NCBI GenBank assembly: GCA_016935765.1 | Contig: JAFGQG010000082.1 | Span: forward strand, 6,716 to 70,715 | Direction: 5' to 3' | Length of the DNA: 64,000 bases | Origin: a bacterium | GTDB lineage: Bacteria > UBP14 > UBA6098 > JAFGQG01 | Part shown: in pieces, positions 43,576 through 51,395 of the stretch | Layout of the letters: each line of letters opens with the position of its first letter | Numbering within the stretch: position 1 is the stretch's first letter | The notes under the pieces: generated by a model | What the model was told of the DNA's origin: nothing | Database searches by the model: none | What the model saw: the letters and a program-made list of their open reading frames with translations, nothing else | Made by a program: the position numbers and the translations under genes

Positions 43576-46482
43576 TTATCTGATCTGGTGCATCCAGAAG
43601 CTTCCTGCAACCTCGTTATCAAAAACGCTGTTACTGATGAAATCAATAGAAGTTCTGTTCACATAATATTGTATTTCCACTACATCTCCAGCGTTACAAT
43701 GGATGGTACCTGTAAGAATAAGTGAGCCTTCATATTCTGCATAACCTCTCCAGGTGTTTTGTGAACAGGGAACTTCGGTTCCGTTCTTAAGTATTCGGCA
43801 AAAAACGACACGGTTTGACCAGCTAGTGCTTCCATCCTGGAAGTGCATATTACCACCGAAGTGATACAAACCGGATGCGTTTATTTGTATTCTCGAGTAG
43901 TTACCCGAAACAGGCCATGTGAAAGCAGTTCCAATTGACGCATCCGCTACAAGCGCATCATAAGGGAAGGATAGCCACCTGTCGTCATCCGGAGTGTTGA
44001 GCTCCGCATCGCGGATTATACTGATCGAGGAAATCACTCCACCAGTTCCTAAAGTCTGCTTTGTTGTCCATGAAACCTTACCGTCAGCGCTGAGTACCAG
44101 TATTGAATCGGTTAGGTCATCTTGGACCACATTTCCAAGGTATAGCCTATTTCCAACGGTCACATCCCCTGCAACGGTGAGTAAATCATTGATATTAGTT
44201 TCATCTTTAATCAGTATGGTACTACCATGGAACGCTTCGATAGAGTCGAGTGCGATCTCAGGGACACCAAGTATATCATGAACGAAGAGGCTGCCAGCTG
44301 CCATGCCGTAAATGTCTCTGAGGTAAAGCGCTTCATTAGTGCTATCTGCGTAGTGTGCGAATGCAGCTTTTACTGCGCTGTCTGCTACCCAGGCATGTGC
44401 AGCTTCCCACGCGAAACCCGCGGTGTCAGCCCATAGGACGCTGTCGTGGTTTGCCCAGTAAACGTTAGCGCCATCAGTTTTAAGCAGTTGACCTGGAGCG
44501 CCAAAAGAAACGCCGTCGAACAGACCGCCATAGATGAAGAACTCGTGGTTAACTGTAAGGTCGCTGTTAAAGACGCCATTACCTCCGACATACAATGAGT
44601 CACCTATAAGGACATCGAGTAGAACGGAAGCGCTTCCATCGACATCGAGATCACCGTTGATATCGGTATTATCCTGCACGTAGAGGTCATCATCGACGTA
44701 AATATCGGTATAGACTTCAAGGGCATCCTTAATAACCATCGAATCCTTAACAACAACGCAACCAAGGGTGAAAGCTTCGATAGAATCCAACACAATTTCA
44801 GGAGTAGCTATAAGATCGTCAACAAATAAAGTTCCGGCTTCCATACCGTAGATTTGTCGCAAATAGAGTACGTCAGCTGTGCTGTCTGCATACCATGCGA
44901 AACCGGTCGTATCAGCCCAGAGTACGCTATCGTGATTTGCCCAATAAGCGTCAGCGCCATCTGTTTTCAGGACCTGTCCCGGCAACCCAAAACCAACGCC
45001 ATCATGCAAACCATGCTCCAGATAGAGATTTCCTTCTACAGTAACTCTCCGGTTAAAGACGGCGTTTCCACCGATGTACAGGGAATCGCCCACCAGGAGA
45101 TCGCGAAGTACCGAAGCGGAACCATCGACGTCGAGGTCTCCATTTATATCGGCGTTATCGAAGACATAAAGATCGTCGTTAATATAAACGTCCGTGGCTA
45201 CTTCAAGAGCATCCCTAATTACTACCGAATCCATTATCACGATGTATCCAAGGTCCCAGGCTTCCATGGAATCGATGACCAGTTCAGGTACTGTGAGTAT
45301 TTCATCAACAAACAGCGATCCAGCGACACCGCCACGTATTAAATTCATCGTCATCGTATCACCGTCGTAGTAGAAGGCTGTATCAGCGTACACGACGGTA
45401 TCAATTATCATGTAGTACCAATCCAATGTGTCAAATGCAAGACTAACGCAAGCCTTTACAGAATCACAAGGGATTTTCCATGCGAACCCAGCGGTATCAG
45501 TCCATCCTACATAACCAACGGAATCGATGTAACCGATACTATCGATATACCCGATACTGTCGATGTATCCGATGCTGTCAACGTAGTTAATGCTATCTAT
45601 AAACCTGACGATATCAATAATACTGATGATGTCAATTATGCTAATACTGTCGATGAAACTTATGCTATCGATAAAAGTTATACTGTCGATAAAGGTTACG
45701 CTATCCCATGCTGGGAATGAATCCGGGAAGCCCAGAGAGTCGGGAAGGTCGAAAGGTATCCATTTATTTAAAGCTACTGACCATATCAGGACATCTCCAT
45801 TTGATAGAAATGTAAGATCGACGTCGCCAATGTCACCCAGGGAATTATCAGAGAGGTCATCCGAGTCGATATCAATGATAGTGGCAAGGGTTTCACATGG
45901 ATCTCCGACATAGAGCGTGTGTAACAGTTCGTCAAATTCCAGGTATGTGTTGCATTCGTTACCAATAACATGGTCGGCGTCATCCACGTTATCTACACCA
46001 TCTCTAATTGTTGCGGGGATTCCCCTGATAGAGTCCCAGTAAGCTATCATTGTGTCAGTTTGAATATAGACGGTATCGCTGCCGCCGCCTCCACCACAGT
46101 TATCGCAGTACTTCGCTCGAATGGCGAATATTTCGGAGACTATTTTCTGTCTGGGGAGCAGATCATGCCCGTTGACACCTATTTGTAACCAGAAGTCAGT
46201 TGCCTCCGAAAAATCCAGCGTGAGTGGGATCAGACTTCCAAGCATAACATCGAATAGACCGTTGGTAACTGGTACGAAGAAGTGAGTTTCACTCCACAAT
46301 GCCGCTGGTCCGCCGGTTGGTGCCGGGAATATTCCAAATTCAATGTCTCGAGTGCCATTAATTGCTACTCCAAGGGTATCAGTTAGTTTCCCCTGGTAGT
46401 GAATAAGCATGGGAACAGCAGCGTAAGTTGAGCTTACCGCAAGAATCAAAATAACAAAACATAGCAATTTTACTTTTTGCAT
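43576..46482 (-). CDS. Secreted tail-fibre-like protein F6. It has the conserved N-terminal domain, a hexapeptide-repeat segment, about 2.7 tandem repeats of 162 aa, and a C-terminal C1q/TNF-like knob.
   Basis: 968-aa ORF with signal peptide MQKVKLLCFVILILAVSSTYA followed by AVPMLIHYQGKLTDTLGVAINGT. The RBS is AAGGAAGGAAA. The C-terminus reads FTWPVSGNYSRIQINASGLYHFGGNMHF..VVFCRILKNGTEV..SLILTGTIHCNAGDVVEIQYY and fits the C1q-like jelly-roll pattern. Confidence 0.88.
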   Translation of the reverse strand: MQKVKLLCFVILILAVSSTYAAVPMLIHYQGKLTDTLGVAINGTRDIEFGIFPAPTGGPAALWSETHFFVPVTNGLFDVMLGSLIPLTLDFSEATDFWLQIGVNGHDLLPRQKIVSEIFAIRAKYCDNCGGGGGSDTVYIQTDTMIAYWDSIRGIPATIRDGVDNVDDADHVIGNECNTYLEFDELLHTLYVGDPCETLATIIDIDSDDLSDNSLGDIGDVDLTFLSNGDVLIWSVALNKWIPFDLPDSLGFPDSFPAWDSVTFIDSITFIDSISFIDSISIIDIISIIDIVRFIDSINYVDSIGYIDSIGYIDSIGYIDSVGYVGWTDTAGFAWKIPCDSVKACVSLAFDTLDWYYMIIDTVVYADTAFYYDGDTMTMNLIRGGVAGSLFVDEILTVPELVIDSMEAWDLGYIVIMDSVVIRDALEVATDVYINDDLYVFDNADINGDLDVDGSASVLRDLLVGDSLYIGGNAVFNRRVTVEGNLYLEHGLHDGVGFGLPGQVLKTDGADAYWANHDSVLWADTTGFAWYADSTADVLYLRQIYGMEAGTLFVDDLIATPEIVLDSIEAFTLGCVVVKDSMVIKDALEVYTDIYVDDDLYVQDNTDINGDLDVDGSASVLLDVLIGDSLYVGGNGVFNSDLTVNHEFFIYGGLFDGVSFGAPGQLLKTDGANVYWANHDSVLWADTAGFAWEAAHAWVADSAVKAAFAHYADSTNEALYLRDIYGMAAGSLFVHDILGVPEIALDSIEAFHGSTILIKDETNINDLLTVAGDVTVGNRLYLGNVVQDDLTDSILVLSADGKVSWTTKQTLGTGGVISSISIIRDAELNTPDDDRWLSFPYDALVADASIGTAFTWPVSGNYSRIQINASGLYHFGGNMHFQDGSTSWSNRVVFCRILKNGTEVPCSQNTWRGYAEYEGSLILTGTIHCNAGDVVEIQYYVNRTSIDFISNSVFDNEVAGSFWMHQIR
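44000..45500 (-). repeat. In-frame tandem repeat of about 486 bp (162 aa) in F6, two full copies plus a partial one
   Basis: YWANHDSVLWADT(A/T)GFAW recurs at about 44911-44955 and 44425-44460. Units share LFVD.I...PE...DS.EA.....V..DS.VI.DALEV.TD.Y..DDLYV.DN.DINGDLDVDGSASVL.D.L.GDSLY.GGN.VFN. Confidence 0.8.
45517..45696 (-). repeat. Ten consecutive 18-bp in-frame repeats in F6, encoding the hexapeptide x-[IV]-D-S-I-x
   Basis: gatactatcgatataccc / gatactgtcgatgtatcc / gatgctgtcaacgtagtt and so on, phased by direct counting. The protein reads TFIDSI TFIDSI SFIDSI SIIDII SIIDIV RFIDSI NYVDSI GYIDSI GYIDSI GYIDSV. Confidence 0.9.
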
Positions 46483-46794
46483 TTTGATTTCCTTCCTTGT
46501 GAAATGTTTACGAAATTAAATTTACAGAAATTTAAATTACTTCTTTGAGTAGTTTTTTATCGTATTTTTGATATAAATTTAATTATACAATATAATAATA
46601 GTAGGATTTTTGTAAAGGAAAATAAACCTAAATTCGGGGAAAATTACAATATCGCATAGTTTTTCCGAAATTTTCTTTGTAATGTGGGGTTTTATAAATT
46701 TTATACTCTGTGGTCAAACATAGATTTCAAAAAGTTGAAAATTGGTTAAAGAACTCCGATAATTAAGTTGATAAGCTTATGATTATCAAAGGTT

Positions 46795-47352
46795 TTATAT
46801 AAATTTAGAGGCTAATTTTTCCCCTAATTGATAAGCTTCATCCAATTTGCCCTTTAAATTGGCGATTCGGATATCTTCCCTTGTTTTTTCATTTAGCGTC
46901 CTGCAGGTAATAATATGGAGGTCAATCTTGAAGAAGGGCGAAATTCTTTCAAAAAATGCTACAGTTGATTCACAATGATAATGGTAGGTGAGTAGAACCA
47001 CAAAAGTGCGTCCGCCAAAATAGTTCCAGGCAAGGGCTTCCATGCGGTCTATCGCGGTTTTCATTTGCGCGGTCAGATAACCCCAGTACATTGGTGATGC
47101 AAATACGACTATGTCTGCTTCGGCATGAGCTTCATAAATTCTATACATGTCATCTTCGATTTTACATCTGTGATTCTCAGATGTTTTACAGTGGAGGCAT
47201 CCCTGGCAGGGTTTGATATCCATCCCGTTTAGATAGAAAAGGTTTGTTTGAACTTCCGAAACAGCACCAAGCCCATCAAGAAAATGCTGCGAAAGTATGC
47301 TTGAGTTTCCATTTATGTGTGGACTACCATATAATACAGCTACTTTTATCAT
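46795..47352 (-). CDS. Flavodoxin-fold NAD(P)H-dependent FMN reductase / iron-sulfur-flavoprotein-like protein
   Basis: MIKVAVLYGSPHINGNS .. CQGCLHC .. ADIVVFASPMYWGYLTAQMKTAIDR. Confidence 0.7.
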   Translation of the reverse strand: MIKVAVLYGSPHINGNSSILSQHFLDGLGAVSEVQTNLFYLNGMDIKPCQGCLHCKTSENHRCKIEDDMYRIYEAHAEADIVVFASPMYWGYLTAQMKTAIDRMEALAWNYFGGRTFVVLLTYHYHCESTVAFFERISPFFKIDLHIITCRTLNEKTREDIRIANLKGKLDEAYQLGEKLASKFI

Positions 47353-47404
47353 TATAGTGCTTTGATTAGCATAAGTTATTTGTTAAAAAGATTTCGAACG
47401 GAGA

Positions 47405-47815
47405 TTATGTTATCTTGTTTTCAGGTTTCACCCCGAGGCTGCGCCTGTTTGATTCATTATCATCCTCGTGATGGAACTCGGCTACCAATCCATCTTCTAC
47501 TTTAGCGTAATATATTCTTGTAGTCTTTATTTCTACTCCAGATGGCACCTGTTCGCAAGAATTAGTGCTTCTTCCAATGAATATTACGTTGTTATAATTC
47601 AAATAAACGTCAGAAATATGTATCTGGAAGTCCTGCCAGAGCCTGGTATATTCCATCAACTCCCTACAAGCGGCCTCTTTTCCGTTGATGATCTCATCTC
47701 CCCCGGGGAAGAGCTTGTGATCATCGGGCATTAACTCTTTGAGTCTATCGAAATCACGTCGATTCAGCATTTCAACGAACTTTATTGCTATACTTATATT
47801 AACGACTTTATCCAT
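47405..47815 (-). CDS. NTF2/SnoaL-like fold protein
   Basis: 136 aa. The N-terminal helix reads FVEMLNRRDFDRLKELMPDDHKL, and a later beta-rich part is compatible with the ketosteroid-isomerase-like family. The assignment is weak. Confidence 0.45.
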   Translation of the reverse strand: MDKVVNISIAIKFVEMLNRRDFDRLKELMPDDHKLFPGGDEIINGKEAACRELMEYTRLWQDFQIHISDVYLNYNNVIFIGRSTNSCEQVPSGVEIKTTRIYYAKVEDGLVAEFHHEDDNESNRRSLGVKPENKIT

Positions 47816-47833
47816 AATTATTATACCGCCTGT

Positions 47834-48334
47834 TCATTTTAACTTTCTTCTAAATTCAGTAATTGGACCGACACTCTTTCGAAGCAGGATTTCCGAATGC
47901 CCTTTGACGATAAAATCCTTCATTTCTCCAACTATTTCATAATTCCTTCTCAGGTATAAGCGCTTCGCATCGGGATTAAAGGAGGAAACGCACATGAAAA
48001 CATTAGGCATTACGGTAAGTATCCTATGCTCAACGAAATCCAGGAGCTGACTGCCTATCCCTTTATTTCTCCATTCGGGAGCCACACAGATGGTTTGTAT
48101 AAATCCTGCGAATGCGCCGTGCATGTTCAGGATAACGAATCCAACTATGGCACTCTCGACTTTGCCAATATATACTTCTTTTGTATGATGGGTAAGTGTT
48201 TGCAGGCAGGATCCATAATCACGGGCAAGGGTGATCCAGGGCTCAGATTCTGACATCATTCTTGCGCATACCTCGAATTCCGCATCACTCGATGGTTCAA
48301 TGATCTCTAAATCTATTGGATTTTCTGTTAGCAT
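47834..48334 (-). CDS. GNAT-family N-acetyltransferase
   Basis: IVGFVILNMHG..GFIQTICVAPEWRNKGIGSQLLDFVEHRI .. NPDAKRLYLRRNYEIVGE (acetyl-CoA binding motif A). Confidence 0.8.
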   Translation of the reverse strand: MLTENPIDLEIIEPSSDAEFEVCARMMSESEPWITLARDYGSCLQTLTHHTKEVYIGKVESAIVGFVILNMHGAFAGFIQTICVAPEWRNKGIGSQLLDFVEHRILTVMPNVFMCVSSFNPDAKRLYLRRNYEIVGEMKDFIVKGHSEILLRKSVGPITEFRRKLK

Positions 48335-48807
48335 ATCATTTTTGTATCAGAATTGTTTATTACAATTAAAATCTATGGTTTTCCTTTTTAATTGTCAATT
48401 AATAAGTTTGGTTCATGTATAAAGTGGTTGCTCAAATCAGTAAGAAAGAATATTGTGGATTGTTGGATAAATGGATTGTTGAATGAACGGATGGTTGTCT
48501 AACCCCTATTTCTCACAAATATTTTTTGTTTTTCTGTTTTTTACTTCTAATATCTGCACTAGCTAACCGTTAACTAATTCTGCGAATTTGTTTTGCGAGT
48601 TTTATTCGGAAACATCGTATTCGATATTCAATTTGTAACTCAAACAGATTAAATTAATACAGACTGTTGAAATTATGTTATTAATTGTTTTTTTAAAAAC
48701 GATTTGGAATAATGAGTTAGATGAAAAGTTAATGATAGATTGTGAAATATCCGGGCTAAAGAAGCTCTGGCGAAGGTTGGGATGGATAGACCAAATCTTC
48801 GAGAAAG

Positions 48808-50526
48808 CTATTTTTTTAAAAGGTTTACCAGTATCCTGAACGGATTGAATTTCATGAATGCTACGTGCCAGTTCATCTCATCCTTTCTGCAGATGGTCGC
48901 TCCGTGAGTAGCGTTGAAATTTGTCATTATCAGCTCTATCTGTTTATCCCTTTCTGTTTTGTTATCTATAGCCATTAGTTTATCTATCTTATGCAGTATT
49001 TCACGTTCGTCGGAGATTCTTGAAGCAATTATTTCAGCGTTTTTATCGGTTTCCAAGCCGTGTTTTTTCTTCAGCTGGTTAAGTTTTAGTGCCGCGTCGT
49101 AAGTTATTTCCACTATTTCGTTGCGGGTCATCCAGTCGGTTTCATAGTTCAGCATGTATTTCCAGGAAGGCTGCGTCAGCGCAAGTCGGTGTTCTTCCAG
49201 CGACCTATAGAGCAAGTGATATCCGTGTTCTTCAGGGTTCATAAACGCTTTGCTTCCGGGATCGAGGAATGGAGAGAGTGGCGCAATGAAGGGGTGTACT
49301 TTTCCGCCAAAACCTGCATTTTGAACCCTGCCGAGTAACTCATCGCAGTATTGAATGGTTTCAATTACTGATTGAGTGGTCTGCGCGGGTATGCCTATCA
49401 TAAAGAAGATGTCGAATCTTTTACATCCTGCGTCCAGCGCATCGAAAATGCACTTTTCCAGCTCCTGCGTGTCATAGGGTCGTCCGAACTTTCGGCGGAC
49501 TTTATCATCGTGTGATTCCGGGGACATCTGTATATTGAAGTTCGGAAATGTTGCCGCGGCTTTTTCGAGAAATTCGCGGTCAGGGGGTGAGAAGAACTCA
49601 AAGGCAACGTGGTTTTTAATACCCAGTCGCCCAGCCGCGTTGAGAAAATCATAAGCATGGTCCCTGCCAGCCTGGAGGAGGTCTCCCAGTATTATTATCG
49701 GTCCTTTTATGTAGCGGGATACTTTTGCCATTTCTTCCGCCATTTTTACAGGCGGCATATAGGCAGGGGAGTTGCGGTTGCAGATCTTCTTAAACGATGA
49801 TGACGAACCCCCGCAAACTGAACAGTTGTATTTACAACCCCTTAGGGATAGGGTGGCTACTATTGGATATTTCAACCATGACTGAAATGGTATATGTCCC
49901 TTGATGTCTCTGTGCCGGATGCAGGATCTGACGATTTGAGTGTAATCAAAGGACATTCCACTCATATCATCAGGTATGTGAGTGATTTGGTTTATTCGTG
50001 GAGAATTGTCTTCCTTCCAGGTCAGATTCGGAACTGAATAGAGGTCTCCTCCGTTCTTTATAGTATCCATTAATTGTCTGAGGGGCTCCTCGACCGAATC
50101 GCCACGAAGAACGTAGTCTACATGCGGGTAGTTAATGAGTTCATCGTGGAAAAAGGAGGAGGTTAGACCACCGAAGATCACGGGAATTTGAGAATGGTGT
50201 TTTTTTATGATTTCAGCGATTTCCAGGGAACCCTGGGTATGCACAGCCCAATGCAGGTCAATCCCGAAGGCATTGGGATTTAAGGACTTAAGCAATTTTT
50301 CGGGATTAAAGCCGGGATCGCGCAGCATCAGGTAAGCCAGGTTGATAATTCTGACACGGAATCCATGCCGATGAAGGTATTCCAGCATCGATACGAAGCC
50401 GATGGGGTACATCTCAAATACCTGAGTTGAGGGGACTACGTCGCTGACCGGCCCATAAAGGGCGGAATTCTTCCTGAAGTCGTAATAGCTGGGCGGATGG
50501 ATCAATATTAAATCTGTTTTTTTCAT
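48808..50526 (-). CDS. B12-binding-domain radical SAM protein
   Basis: 572 aa. The N-terminal cobalamin-binding-like Rossmann segment reads DLILIHPP .. VIFGGLTSSF .. DYVLRGDSVEEPL. The radical SAM CX3CX2C is at LRGCKYNCSVCGG. Confidence 0.8.
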   Translation of the reverse strand: MKKTDLILIHPPSYYDFRKNSALYGPVSDVVPSTQVFEMYPIGFVSMLEYLHRHGFRVRIINLAYLMLRDPGFNPEKLLKSLNPNAFGIDLHWAVHTQGSLEIAEIIKKHHSQIPVIFGGLTSSFFHDELINYPHVDYVLRGDSVEEPLRQLMDTIKNGGDLYSVPNLTWKEDNSPRINQITHIPDDMSGMSFDYTQIVRSCIRHRDIKGHIPFQSWLKYPIVATLSLRGCKYNCSVCGGSSSSFKKICNRNSPAYMPPVKMAEEMAKVSRYIKGPIIILGDLLQAGRDHAYDFLNAAGRLGIKNHVAFEFFSPPDREFLEKAAATFPNFNIQMSPESHDDKVRRKFGRPYDTQELEKCIFDALDAGCKRFDIFFMIGIPAQTTQSVIETIQYCDELLGRVQNAGFGGKVHPFIAPLSPFLDPGSKAFMNPEEHGYHLLYRSLEEHRLALTQPSWKYMLNYETDWMTRNEIVEITYDAALKLNQLKKKHGLETDKNAEIIASRISDEREILHKIDKLMAIDNKTERDKQIELIMTNFNATHGATICRKDEMNWHVAFMKFNPFRILVNLLKK

Positions 50527-50789
50527 GATAAATCGCTTAATAAAATGTCCAAATTAGGCTTTTGACAGTTATTTGTCAAATTATTTTAAAGGAGGTATAA
50601 TTTTGAAAACATTTTTTTTACAAAAAGGGATTAATCATTGACTTATTATGTAACTTAGTTATAATTACAATTTAAAACATTGTGTTAAAACAAGTATAGA
50701 GAGAAAGTTTAATGATTTTTTGACCCTCTACATCAGAAGTATCTTGTATAGGGAATTTAAAAAAAGTTTGATATAGTGTAAAAAGGAGA

Positions 50790-51395
50790 GTGATGATGGC
50801 AAAATCTGATGAAAAAAGTTTGGATCAGAATTTTGATGAATCGGTTGCTGTTGGGAAAGGTGATCTGGTCAAGGGACCGGGGAATGTGGATAAGATCCGG
50901 GACATTCTATTCGGGAATCAAATGAAGGATTATGAAAAGCGTTTCGCCCGGCTTGAGGACATTCTGAACAAGAAGCTCGAGGATATAAGGGATGATACGA
51001 AGAAACGTCTGGATTCCCTGGAAACCTATATAAAAAAGGAAGTTTCTTCACTTGGGGATAAACTCAAAGATGAGAAGCAGGAGCGTTCAGAACTTGGCAA
51101 GGACGTTAACAAGGAATTGAAAAACACCAACAGAACGATTGAGAAACTTGACAGCAAACTCGACAAGAGTGAGCAGGATTCAAGGCAGCAGGTACTTGAT
51201 CAATCGAAGACCTTAATGGATGAGATACAGGCGAAGTACGAGAAGGTTTCGGAGTCGCTTGAGGAAGCCAGGCAGGAACTCAGTAATGACAAAGTTGACC
51301 GCACGCGGTTATCGGCGCTTTTTACTGAAATAGCTATGAGTCTTAGTAATGAAATGGATTTATCGGGGCTAGTAGATTTAGACAAAAATGAGTGA
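50790..51395 (+). CDS. Coiled-coil protein, first gene of the GTPase/two-component operon
   Basis: 201 aa and Lys/Glu/Asp/Leu-rich with heptad character. The RBS is AAGGAGAG. The start could be 50790, 50793 or 50796 (GTGATGATG). Confidence 0.6.
   Translation: MMMAKSDEKSLDQNFDESVAVGKGDLVKGPGNVDKIRDILFGNQMKDYEKRFARLEDILNKKLEDIRDDTKKRLDSLETYIKKEVSSLGDKLKDEKQERSELGKDVNKELKNTNRTIEKLDSKLDKSEQDSRQQVLDQSKTLMDEIQAKYEKVSESLEEARQELSNDKVDRTRLSALFTEIAMSLSNEMDLSGLVDLDKNE

Noticed and set aside
45517-45696. CRISPR-like array suggested by the regular 18-bp repeats
   Set aside because: The units are contiguous with no spacers. They are in frame within the F6 ORF and encode a hexapeptide repeat. There are no cas genes.
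6472-46482. Prophage, tailocin, eCIS or T6SS interpretation of the tail-fibre-like genes
   Set aside because: The tail-collar, S74 chaperone and C1q-like tips are phage-like. However, the 64 kb contains no sheath, tube, baseplate, tape-measure, capsid, portal, terminase, lysis, integrase or VgrG/Hcp-like genes. Every fibre has a Sec signal peptide, which phage virion proteins lack.
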